A stretch of 24,000 nt of DNA from Bacillota bacterium (GTDB lineage Bacteria > Bacillota > Clostridia > Peptostreptococcales > Acidaminobacteraceae), in NCBI GenBank assembly GCA_025210655.1, contig JAOARG010000065.1, positions 5,959 to 29,958 of the forward strand, given 5' to 3'. Positions 9,455-16,551 of the stretch are shown here, one piece after another. The translations under genes were made by a program, and so were the position numbers. The first letter of the stretch is position 1; each line of letters starts with the position of its first letter. The notes beneath the pieces are model-generated. The model saw only the letters and a list, made by a program, of their open reading frames with translations, did not search any database and was not told the DNA's origin.

Positions 9455-10199
9455 TATCCTTCACCCCTAATCTAAAGTATTTGTCTGTAAGCTTAATGAA
9501 TATCACATCTATAAATTGCCCAAGTATTCCTATCACTAATATTCCTACAAAAATAATATCAATTCTTGAAAGCTGCTCCGCCTCAATAATCATATATCCA
9601 ATACCAGATGAAGCTGCAATAAGTTCAGCTCCCATAAGAGATCTCCAGCTATAGCCAAGACCCAACTGAATACCCGTAAGGACAGATGGCATGGCTTGTG
9701 GAAGGATTATTCTTCTAAAAATATCCCACTTATTATATCCAAATACCACTCCCACCTCTTCAAGGTCGATACTACTTTCTGATACACCAGTATATGTATT
9801 GAGATATATAGGAAAGAAGGTTGCAAGTATTATGACTGCCAACTTTGAACTTTCACCAATTCCAAACCATAATATAAGTAAAGGTATAGTTGCTATTGGA
9901 GGAATATGTCTAATAAACTCAAGGCTAGGTTCTATATATTCATGAATTTTTTTATTAAGTCCACTTACAACTGCAAGGGGAAAAGCAAGTATAAAGGCCA
10001 AGATAAATCCAAATAATACCCTTAGTAAACTTACTCCCAAATGCTTAAGTAATATTCCCTTTTTAAGTAATGCAAATCCCGTATGTAATATACTTTCAGG
10101 TGAAGGTAAAATAAAACTATTGACCATTCCCAACCTAGAAAAAACAGACCAAATAAATATAATAATTATTGGTAGTAATAAGCCCTTTAATTTTCTCAA
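9408..10199 (-). CDS. ABC transporter permease (NitT/TauT-type, SsuC/TauC-like)
   Basis: TTG start at 10199, 5 nt after AGGAGG (10210..10205). Six or more predicted TM helices. EAA-loop-like segment AELIAASSGIGYMIIEAEQ. Confidence 0.85.
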   Translation of the reverse strand: MRKLKGLLLPIIIIFIWSVFSRLGMVNSFILPSPESILHTGFALLKKGILLKHLGVSLLRVLFGFILAFILAFPLAVVSGLNKKIHEYIEPSLEFIRHIPPIATIPLLILWFGIGESSKLAVIILATFFPIYLNTYTGVSESSIDLEEVGVVFGYNKWDIFRRIILPQAMPSVLTGIQLGLGYSWRSLMGAELIAASSGIGYMIIEAEQLSRIDIIFVGILVIGILGQFIDVIFIKLTDKYFRLGVKDSGKDRDKELVESIQY

Positions 10200-10218
10200 T
10201 TAAACCTCCTTTTCTCTC

Positions 10219-10252
10219 AAAAAAGAAAAAATCTTCCCTTAAAGGAAGACAG
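10219..10252 (-). terminator. leader (attenuator) terminator just upstream of the ABC operon RBS
   Basis: On the minus strand, TCTTCC (10249..10244) / GGAAGA (10237..10232) with a 6-nt loop, followed by TTTTTTCTTTTTT (10231..10219). The AGGAGG RBS begins 9 nt further on. Confidence 0.55.
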
Positions 10253-10407
10253 AAATACACTAAAGTTCTTGAGCATTTTTGCACAACAAAAACAAATAGT
10301 CCTATATCATACTTCCTTTTGGATCAGAAAATCTTCTCCCTCAGGTAAATAATCACTAACATCACAAATCAACTAAGAATTCTCTCGATTGATTTGATCC
10401 TTATTTC
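10253..10407 (-). promoter_or_regulatory. structured 5' leader of the ABC operon; riboswitch- or attenuator-like, class not recognised
   Basis: Closing helix GGATCA (10400..10395) / TGATCC (10326..10321). Internal hairpin AATCAA/TTGATT (10394..10389 with 10372..10367). The segment AAAGGAAG (10319..10312) is complementary to CTTCCTTT (10248..10241) inside the terminator, giving a possible antiterminator. Confidence 0.4.
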
Positions 10408-10413
10408 AATTTA

Positions 10414-10442
10414 ATGGTAACAGTATGTTAAACTTTTGTCAA
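10414..10442 (-). promoter_or_regulatory. sigma-A type promoter for the ABC operon leader
   Basis: On the minus strand, TTGACA (10442..10437), a 17-nt spacer ending in TGT (extended -10) and TACCAT (10419..10414). Confidence 0.5.
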
Positions 10443-10465
10443 GAATTTTACCTTTATTATTATTT

Positions 10466-10849
10466 TTAATACATGGTATTTCCACTTTTAAGGATCTCAG
10501 GTATCTTCTGAATTGCATCCCAATGTTCCACAATTTTCCCGTGTTCGTCAAATCTAAAGAAGTCCATAGTCACATATTCTTGACCTCTAGGCCATACTTG
10601 ATGTGTATGAAGAGCCACTAAATCTCCTTCAGCAACTATTCTAACAAACTCTATTGTTTTATGTTCATATTGATCGTGCATTCTTTCAAAATACTCAATA
10701 AAACCCTCTGCACCATTTTCGACATCAGGATTGTGTTGTATATACTCTTTTCCAACATATAATTCCACAGCTTTTCTAGGATTACCCTCATAAGCCATTT
10801 TGTAAAAAGCTACAGCACTATGTTTATTATTTTCGTGACTTAAAATCAT
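10466..10849 (-). CDS. SnoaL-like / NTF2-superfamily protein
   Basis: 127 aa. The pattern A..FY.MAYEGNPRKAVELYVG..YIQHNP.V..G.EGFIEYF......H......V.AEGDLV.LH is typical of the small SnoaL-like (polyketide-cyclase-fold) family. GAGGAG RBS. Confidence 0.75.
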   Translation of the reverse strand: MILSHENNKHSAVAFYKMAYEGNPRKAVELYVGKEYIQHNPDVENGAEGFIEYFERMHDQYEHKTIEFVRIVAEGDLVALHTHQVWPRGQEYVTMDFFRFDEHGKIVEHWDAIQKIPEILKSGNTMY

Positions 10850-10870
10850 GAAATCACTCCTCGAGTTTTC

Positions 10871-10919
10871 TTATATAAAATATACCCATAATAATGAAAA
10901 ATCATACATTATCATGGGT
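10871..10919 (-). terminator. intrinsic terminator after the decarboxylase gene
   Basis: ACCCATAATAATG (10884-10896) / CATTATCATGGGT (10907-10919), 13 bp with one mismatch, followed on the minus strand by a T-rich stretch ATATTTTATAT. Confidence 0.55.
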
Positions 10920-10932
10920 ACCTTAATTAATT

Positions 10933-12330
10933 CTATAATGTCTTGGCTATTCTTATTATATCCTCCGCAGACATTTTAACATCTTCGTATGTGGTCTTAT
11001 AAGAAGACACACTGATTCTCATAACTGATTTACCCTTATGCTTTGCTCCTCCAAGCCAACATACACCAGATTTTTGAACTTCAGAAATAAGTTTTTCAGT
11101 TTTTTCATCAGATTCATATCTGACTAAAAGTTGATTAAATACTATATCATTAAGTATTTCAAGTCCAGCTTCCCTCAACAAATCTCCAAAGTATACTGCC
11201 TTTTGATGAAGTTCGTATACCAACTCATTAACTCCATCTCTACCTAATCCCTTTAAAGTTGCCCATACATCTATTGCCCTAGCTCTTCTAGACATATCTG
11301 AGGTATATAGCATGGAATCCCTTTGATCACTTAGTATTATATAAGAACCTGTCATATGCATACTATTTACCAGCATGTCCCTATGCCTAGAAAAAACTAT
11401 ACCACTGTCATATGGTACATTTAAAGTTTTGTGTCCGTCTGTAGACCATGAATCTGCATACTCCATTCCCTTAGTCAAATGTTTAAGTTTATCACATGCA
11501 TTTGCCCAAAGTCCAAAGGCACCATCAATATGTATATATGCTCCAGCATCTTTTGCCTTCTTGCATATCTTATCAAAGGGATCAAATGATCCTGTATTAA
11601 CATTTCCAGCTTGTAAAACCAGCAAAGTGCTTTTATCAAGTTCAGGCATTTTGTCTGCTAGCATTCTTCCTTGATCGTCAACAGGCACTTTTACTAAATT
11701 GTCATTACCTAATCCTAAAATAGAAAGGGCCTTATATACTGTAGAATGTGCATCTTCACCTACAATAATTTTAATCTTTGGAGCTCCCGATAAACCATCC
11801 CTTATAACATCATAACCTAGATTGTTATATACATAATTTCGTCCTGTGTTTAGACCTATAGTTATGGCTGTGGAGCTACCATTTACAAAACCAGCAACCG
11901 TCTCCTCTGGTAAATCTAATATATCTACAAGCCATTTTTCTGTAACCTCCTCTATTTTAGCCGCTACAGGGGACATTACATACATAGCTGAGTTTTGATC
12001 CCATACATCTGTAAGCCATTTGCTAGTAAGGGCAGAAGGCAGTATTCCTCCTACTACAAAACCAAAGTATCTTCCACTGGTCTGGGTAACAGTCGCTGGT
12101 GAACCATAATTATGTAATAAATCTAATACTTCTTTTCCGCTGCAAGGTTTATTGTCTAGTTCTTCATCAAATATAGAAAGATTTTTTATTGAACTCTCAG
12201 ATGGAAAAACACTCCTTCCGTCTAGTTTATCAATATAATCAATAGCTGCTTCGTGGGCATATTGCAAATCATTGCTTAATGACGACTTTCTGATTTTTTC
12301 TAGAATTGGACTAATATAATACTTACTCAT
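10933..12330 (-). CDS. PLP-dependent group II amino-acid decarboxylase (substrate unknown)
   Basis: 465 aa. PLP-lysine motif SWSTDGHKTLNVPYDSG, a Gly-rich GSSTAITIGL region and HIDGAFG (Asp contacting the pyridine N), as in glutamate/tyrosine/diaminobutyrate decarboxylase-type enzymes. AAAGGAG RBS. Confidence 0.85.
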   Translation of the reverse strand: MSKYYISPILEKIRKSSLSNDLQYAHEAAIDYIDKLDGRSVFPSESSIKNLSIFDEELDNKPCSGKEVLDLLHNYGSPATVTQTSGRYFGFVVGGILPSALTSKWLTDVWDQNSAMYVMSPVAAKIEEVTEKWLVDILDLPEETVAGFVNGSSTAITIGLNTGRNYVYNNLGYDVIRDGLSGAPKIKIIVGEDAHSTVYKALSILGLGNDNLVKVPVDDQGRMLADKMPELDKSTLLVLQAGNVNTGSFDPFDKICKKAKDAGAYIHIDGAFGLWANACDKLKHLTKGMEYADSWSTDGHKTLNVPYDSGIVFSRHRDMLVNSMHMTGSYIILSDQRDSMLYTSDMSRRARAIDVWATLKGLGRDGVNELVYELHQKAVYFGDLLREAGLEILNDIVFNQLLVRYESDEKTEKLISEVQKSGVCWLGGAKHKGKSVMRISVSSYKTTYEDVKMSAEDIIRIAKTL

Positions 12331-12480
12331 TTTTATAACTCCTTTCTAATTATTTTTAATCACTATGATTATACTAATATTTTATCAATATTTATATAAT
12401 AATAATTTCTAAATATCATCAATATTTATCTGATATATCCAAAATTCCTGACTTAGATAAATACGGTTCTGTGCAATTAC

Positions 12481-12530
12481 TATAATTAAAACCACCAATA
12501 GTTCTAAAATGCTTTAGAACCAATGGTGGT
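12481..12530 (-). terminator. intrinsic terminator ending the padR-CGGC-crp operon
   Basis: Long stem ACCACCAATAGTTCTAAA (12491-12508) / TTTAGAACCAATGGTGGT (12513-12530) with two internal mismatches, followed on the minus strand by TTTTAATT. It starts 10 nt after the TAG stop at 12540. Confidence 0.6.
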
Positions 12531-12539
12531 CTTAAAATA

Positions 12540-13214
12540 CTACTTATATGAAGCCAACTGACTTAATTTCTCATTATCCAAGACTTCAACTATGTTTTTT
12601 TTACGCTTTATTATCCCTTCACTTTCAATTTCAGAAAGAACTCTTCTCAAATGTCTGGGACTAATTCCAAAATAATCAGCAGTCTGACTACCCCCAATAC
12701 CTGAAATTTCATCACCTTGAAGCTCATATAAATCATATAAATATTTTGCAAGTCTATTTTTGAGAGGATAAAGCATTGTTCTAGAATACTTATGTGATGT
12801 ACGCTTCATCTTCTTTGCAAGATTCATACTTGTATATTTATAGAACTCAACATTTTGACTAAGATACTTCTCCATTTCTTTGACTGGAATAGCTAATACC
12901 ATAGATGGTGTAAGAGCCACTACTTGATAATAGTAATTATCCCCATTGAAGTACTCTATATCACCAATAATGTCTCCGGGTATTACTATGTCAAGAATGG
13001 AGAACTTGCCCATTTCAGAGTAAGGTGTAACTCCAATTTGACCTTCCAGAAGCACGTACAAATACTCAATCTTATCATCCTCAGAAAATAAAGCTTCATG
13101 GATATCAAAGCTATGAATATCTATGAAATCATAAAGACCTTCATCAATAACTTTATCTAAGTTTATTTGAGATAAATATTTTTTTAATAGTTTTTCATCT
13201 TTAATTCGTTTCAT
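12540..13214 (-). CDS. Crp/Fnr family transcriptional regulator
   Basis: 224 aa. N-terminal cNMP-binding-like beta-roll (LYVLLEGQIGVTP...GDIIGDIEYF) and a C-terminal HTH (QTADYFGISPRHLRRVLSEIESEGIIKR). There is no N-terminal Cys cluster, so it is not a classical oxygen-sensing FNR. Confidence 0.85.
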   Translation of the reverse strand: MKRIKDEKLLKKYLSQINLDKVIDEGLYDFIDIHSFDIHEALFSEDDKIEYLYVLLEGQIGVTPYSEMGKFSILDIVIPGDIIGDIEYFNGDNYYYQVVALTPSMVLAIPVKEMEKYLSQNVEFYKYTSMNLAKKMKRTSHKYSRTMLYPLKNRLAKYLYDLYELQGDEISGIGGSQTADYFGISPRHLRRVLSEIESEGIIKRKKNIVEVLDNEKLSQLASYK

Positions 13215-13248
13215 CCAATCACCAGCCTAATAGCTATATAGCCATATT

Positions 13249-13581
13249 TTAGTGTGTATAATCTAGAATTGTTATTTCCTCACCTAACTTATTTCTTACT
13301 GCCTGAATCATGGTCTTAGCATGGGGACATGAATAACCGATTGGTGTTCCCTTTACTATACAAGATGCAAATGCAATGGTATCTGCTCCTCGTCTAACCA
13401 TCTCTACAGCTCTTGTAACTGCTTTCTTTCCTGGGCATCCTCCACAAGAATTGATACCCATTACTTCTACTTCACCTTCCACATTTTCAAAAGCTGCTTT
13501 TTTAGTATTTGCAACCCTAAAACAAGAAGTTGCTGGACACATATCCTCTGTTTGCATACATCTAATTATGCCGACTTTCAT
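13249..13581 (-). CDS. CGGC-domain protein (7 Cys in 110 aa; function unknown)
   Basis: The NSCGGCPGK motif and flanking Cys residues (C8, C15, C20, C46, C49, C74, C85) match the CGGC domain family. AGGAGG RBS. It starts 15 nt after the padR stop. Confidence 0.8.
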   Translation of the reverse strand: MKVGIIRCMQTEDMCPATSCFRVANTKKAAFENVEGEVEVMGINSCGGCPGKKAVTRAVEMVRRGADTIAFASCIVKGTPIGYSCPHAKTMIQAVRNKLGEEITILDYTH

Positions 13582-13596
13582 TTGATTTCCTCCTAA

Positions 13597-13899
13597 TTAT
13601 AATTCATGTGTTAATTCTTTGATTTTTTCTTTTGCCTTTTCAAGCACATCTTCACCTTTTTCAGTGATCTTATAGTATTTTCTAGATTTGCCATTTACAA
13701 CTTTCTTCTCTGTCTCAAGTAATTCTGCTTTCTCAAGGTTGTGAAGAATTGGGTAAATTGTGCCAGGACTAACGTCATATCCATGGTGTGCAAGTTCTTC
13801 TATCATCCATGAACCATAAAAAGGTTCAATTTTTCCGTGGTGCAATATATGAATCTGGATAAAACCTAAAAATAGTTTTCTTAATACAGGTTCTTGCAT
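13597..13899 (-). CDS. PadR family transcriptional regulator
   Basis: Winged-HTH signature HGYDVSPGTIYPILHNLEKAELLE plus a C-terminal helix. The ORF-track start at 13914 has no RBS. The second ATG at 13899 lies 7 nt after GGAGGA (13912..13907) and downstream of the predicted -10, so it is preferred. Confidence 0.85.
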   Translation of the reverse strand: MQEPVLRKLFLGFIQIHILHHGKIEPFYGSWMIEELAHHGYDVSPGTIYPILHNLEKAELLETEKKVVNGKSRKYYKITEKGEDVLEKAKEKIKELTHEL

Positions 13900-13923
13900 A
13901 TCAACATCCTCCATGATATAATC

Positions 13924-13959
13924 ATTATATCGAAACTCGATAACGAATAACGATATAAT
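13924..13959. promoter_or_regulatory. divergent promoter/operator region between padR and the fetA-like gene
   Basis: Perfect 9-bp inverted repeat ATTATATCG (13924-13932) / CGATATAAT (13951-13959) with an 18-bp spacer. Each arm contains a TATAAT -10 box: 13929..13924 for the minus strand and 13954-13959 for the plus strand. The -35 elements are poor. Confidence 0.45.
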
Positions 13960-14004
13960 TAATTATACTCTATTTTCAAAGTAGAGTCAAGGGAGGTAAT
14001 CATT

Positions 14005-14631
14005 GTGATTTCAACTATTAGAACTAAAAACCTAGAGTTTATGGATATGATAAAGTATCCTGATATAGACATAAAAGAACAATCAATCACATTTATAGAT
14101 GGGGAGAGTGGATGTGGTAAAAGTACACTTCTAAAACTTTTTAACGGGACCCAATCACCTTCTAATGGACTAATTGAATATAAGGGAAAAAACATAGATA
14201 ACATGAGCCTCATAGAACTTAGGAAAGATGTTATTCTTGCATCCCAAGATATTTTTCTTTTTGATGGATCGATAAAGGATAATTTTAAGGAGTTCTATGA
14301 TTTCAGAGAAGAAAAATGTATAGAAGATAAGGAAATGAAAAAATACTTGGAAATTTCTTGTGCAGATTTTCCACTAGAAGCAAAGTGTCAAACTTTATCA
14401 GGTGGTGAAAGACAAAGAGTATTTTTAGCAATTTATCTTTCTTTTAAATCTAAGGTCATTTTACTTGATGAACCCATTGCTTCACTGGATGAAAAAACTT
14501 CAATACGATTTTTCGAACAAACTATTAAATATTGTAAAGATAATAGTATAACCATGATCTCAGTGTGTCATAATCCAAAACTAGTTCAAATGTTTGGTGA
14601 AAATATAATAACACTTAGAAAGGAGGGCTAA
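14005..14631 (+). CDS. fetA: ABC transporter ATP-binding protein, FetA/YbbL-like
   Basis: GTG start at 14005, 8 nt after GGGAGG. Walker A is GESGCGKST, the signature motif is LSGGERQRVFLA, and Walker B is ILLDEP. The short (208 aa) single-domain ATPase is translationally coupled to a UPF0014 permease, as in FetAB. Confidence 0.75.
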   Translation: MISTIRTKNLEFMDMIKYPDIDIKEQSITFIDGESGCGKSTLLKLFNGTQSPSNGLIEYKGKNIDNMSLIELRKDVILASQDIFLFDGSIKDNFKEFYDFREEKCIEDKEMKKYLEISCADFPLEAKCQTLSGGERQRVFLAIYLSFKSKVILLDEPIASLDEKTSIRFFEQTIKYCKDNSITMISVCHNPKLVQMFGENIITLRKEG

Positions 14632-14633
14632 TT

Positions 14634-15407
14634 ATGAGTGGAATTGTAAAGATGCAAATATGGCAATTTGCCTTGATTTATCTATTACTATTAATAGTCC
14701 TTTTCATAATGAAAAAGTGCAAAATCAATCAAAGTAAATTATTAATACTAGCGAGTTTTAGGATGTCAGTTCAATTGACACTTGCTGGTTTAGTACTAAC
14801 CTATATATTTCAAAATCCCCACCCTCTTTTTACTATTGGATACCTAGGACTTATGACTGGCTTTGCCATAGTAAGGGTTCTTTCCAAAAATAAAGATATA
14901 AATAAAAATTTCAAATTCATTATTGGACTGTCCATAGCAATCCCCGGAATACTGGTAATCATGTTCTTTATAGGAATAGTAGTTGGAGAAAGTGTATTTA
15001 ATCCCCAATATGTCATTCCAGTAGGAGGAATGATAATGGGAAATACAATGACTGGTGCTACACTTGGTGTAAAAACCTTTAGAGAAAGTTTATATGGTCA
15101 ACGTTCAAAAATAAATGCTCTTTTAAATTTGGGAGCAAAACCTGATAAAATACTTTTACCCTTTGTAAGACAATCATTAGAAACGGCCCTACTTCCAACA
15201 ATGAACTCAATGCTTGGAATGGGAATAGTTGCACTACCCGGTATGATGACTGGACAGATTTTATCCGGCACTCTTCCAACGACAGCAATCCTTTATCAGA
15301 TTGCTATTATGATAGCCATATGTACTGTTGTATGTCTTTCATCTTTTGGATCTCTGTATTTTGGATATAAAACTCTTTATAATAAGAAATATCAGATTGA
15401 AATCTAA
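14634..15407 (+). CDS. fetB: FetB/YbbM-type (UPF0014) ABC exporter permease
   Basis: 257 aa with about 7 TM helices. The conserved stretch PVGGMIMGNTMTGATLG and the C-terminal GMMTGQILSG are typical of the YbbM/FetB family. Its RBS, AAGGAGGG, lies inside the end of the upstream gene. Confidence 0.75.
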   Translation: MSGIVKMQIWQFALIYLLLLIVLFIMKKCKINQSKLLILASFRMSVQLTLAGLVLTYIFQNPHPLFTIGYLGLMTGFAIVRVLSKNKDINKNFKFIIGLSIAIPGILVIMFFIGIVVGESVFNPQYVIPVGGMIMGNTMTGATLGVKTFRESLYGQRSKINALLNLGAKPDKILLPFVRQSLETALLPTMNSMLGMGIVALPGMMTGQILSGTLPTTAILYQIAIMIAICTVVCLSSFGSLYFGYKTLYNKKYQIEI

Positions 15408-15413
15408 ACATTT

Positions 15414-15447
15414 AAAAGCTCACCTTGGAATCCAAGATGAGCTTTTT
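15414..15447. terminator. bidirectional terminator between the convergent fetB-like and membrane-protein genes
   Basis: AAAAGCTCACCTTGGA (15414-15429) / TCCAAGATGAGCTTTT (15431-15446) with one internal mismatch. A-run upstream and T-run downstream. Confidence 0.75.
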
Positions 15448-15452
15448 TCATT

Positions 15453-16115
15453 TTATGACTCATAAAGACAAGATGGACAAGCTCCGCCACCTTGGTTTAT
15501 TGCTCCACAGTATGGGCATGTTACTACTTCTTCTTTTGGACCTGAATCCCAACTTGGTGTGAATCCTCCGGCACTTAAGTCTGTGCTTGAACTTGAGCCG
15601 GAATATGATGGCCCTGATGGTGTATATGAAGAAGATGTATAATTTTTATTTGATCTATTACTAGTAACTGTATCACTATCGTAATAGAAGCCTACATAGG
15701 GCTTATTTTTTTCCCCTAACAAATATAGTATAGGTAGCACTATATAAGGAAATCTAACTGCAATCAAGCTAGTAATTATGCTGGCTTTGAAACTCCTAGA
15801 AAACTTATACATTGATAAAGCATAGGTAAAAGGGGCTAAAAATATCCAAGCTGCACTACATCTTCCGATACTAGCTACACATGAAAACTCAGTTAAATTT
15901 ACATATGGAATAAAAGCTGTTTTCATTGGAGATTTTACTTTTTTCGTTCTTTCAAATAACTTACCTACAAAATATAAAGTCCATACTATAGGAATTAATA
16001 AGGCTAGTATCTGCCCAATAGCTCCAAATTGATAAGTAAAAAACCTTAACCAGCTATAAAAGAAATACTCCACCCCAAATACTGTGTCAATAAAACTACT
16101 AATGATTGATTCCAT
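15453..16115 (-). CDS. membrane protein with a Ser-rich linker and a C-terminal zinc ribbon (function unknown; N-terminal part resembles DUF5684-type membrane proteins)
   Basis: ATG at 16115 after GAGGAG. About 4 TM segments, then a low-complexity region SNRSNKNYTSSSYTPSGPSYSGSSSSTD, then CPYCGAINQGGGACPSC (CxxC-N10-CxxC). Confidence 0.6.
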   Translation of the reverse strand: MESIISSFIDTVFGVEYFFYSWLRFFTYQFGAIGQILALLIPIVWTLYFVGKLFERTKKVKSPMKTAFIPYVNLTEFSCVASIGRCSAAWIFLAPFTYALSMYKFSRSFKASIITSLIAVRFPYIVLPILYLLGEKNKPYVGFYYDSDTVTSNRSNKNYTSSSYTPSGPSYSGSSSSTDLSAGGFTPSWDSGPKEEVVTCPYCGAINQGGGACPSCLYES

Positions 16116-16139
16116 AATTCACTCCTCGTTTTTTAGATA

Positions 16140-16169
16140 ATTATATTATATATCAACTCAACTATGCAA
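16140..16169 (-). promoter_or_regulatory. sigma-A type promoter of the 220-aa membrane-protein gene
   Basis: On the minus strand, TTGCAT (16169..16164), an 18-nt spacer and TATAAT (16145..16140). This places the transcription start about 20 nt before the RBS. Confidence 0.45.
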
Positions 16170-16337
16170 TTGATAAAGGGAAAATTACATAAATTGCGTT
16201 TTGCGAATTTCGATATACTTTTTCTTATTATTTACAAAACTAACTTATTCTTAAGTTTTTTAGACTTAGCAAAACTTCTTTTCTAAGACTAATGATTGCT
16301 AGTTCATTCATGATGCTTCTATTATTAACAGTTCTTC

Positions 16338-16388
16338 AAAAAAAAACAACCCCAATAACCTTATATATCAAAAGGCTATTGGGGTTTT
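16338..16388 (-). terminator. strong intrinsic terminator closing the yjjI / GC-rich-element transcription unit
   Basis: CCCCAATAACC (16350-16360) / GGCTATTGGGG (16374-16384) with one mismatch. On the minus strand it is followed by TTGTTTTTTTTT. A weaker T-run is present on the plus strand. Confidence 0.75.
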
Positions 16389-16401
16389 AATTTAAATTTA
16401 T

Positions 16402-16526
16402 TTTCACCCTAGTGAAATATCCACGTACGAGTTGCAATGCAACGTCTGGGCTCAAAATCATGTCAATAGATTTTGGCTGGGCGAATGAATCTCGATGAAT
16501 GACTGGGCGAGTACCAAAGGTACGCC
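16402..16526. ncRNA. candidate structured RNA, 3'-UTR element or gene remnant; unclassified
   Basis: By hand count, about 46% G+C over 16411-16530 versus about 20% in 16201-16260. Four local hairpins are present: 16402-16417, 16431-16443, 16453-16475 and 16506-16526. CTGGGC occurs three times (16446, 16477, 16503). There is no ORF of 60 aa or more and no RBS. The strand is undetermined. Confidence 0.3.
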
Positions 16527-16551
16527 TATGCTAAAAAGCATAAAATGCTTT

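Noticed and set aside
10200-10407. Whether the ABC leader is a TPP riboswitch, T-box or SAM-I riboswitch
   Set aside because: CUGAG and CUGAUCC fragments are present, but the TPP core (ACCUGAUCUGGAUAAUGCCAGCG context and the GGGG..GC pairing partner) is absent and the spacing is far too short. There is no T-box sequence (no GGUGG/ACCGCG) and no SAM-I core. The class is left open.
16164-16283. 40-codon plus-strand ORF (MQLIKGKLHKLRFANFDILF...) in the AT-rich spacer
   Set aside because: No RBS, no recognisable motif, and it overlaps the minus-strand promoter of the neighbouring gene.
16292-16390. 32-codon hydrophobic plus-strand ORF (MIASSFMMLLLLTVLQKKTTPITLYIKRLLGF) as a type I toxin
   Set aside because: There is no Shine-Dalgarno sequence. 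The ORF runs through the terminator hairpin of the opposite strand, and hydrophobic peptides arise easily from T-rich sequence. No supporting antisense RNA signal could be identified.
16446-16510. Three CTGGGC repeats at spacings of about 26-31 nt as a type III toxin-antitoxin (ToxI-like) RNA repeat array
   Set aside because: Only the hexamer is shared. The intervening sequences are unrelated, so there is no tandem repeat unit, and no ToxN-like gene follows.
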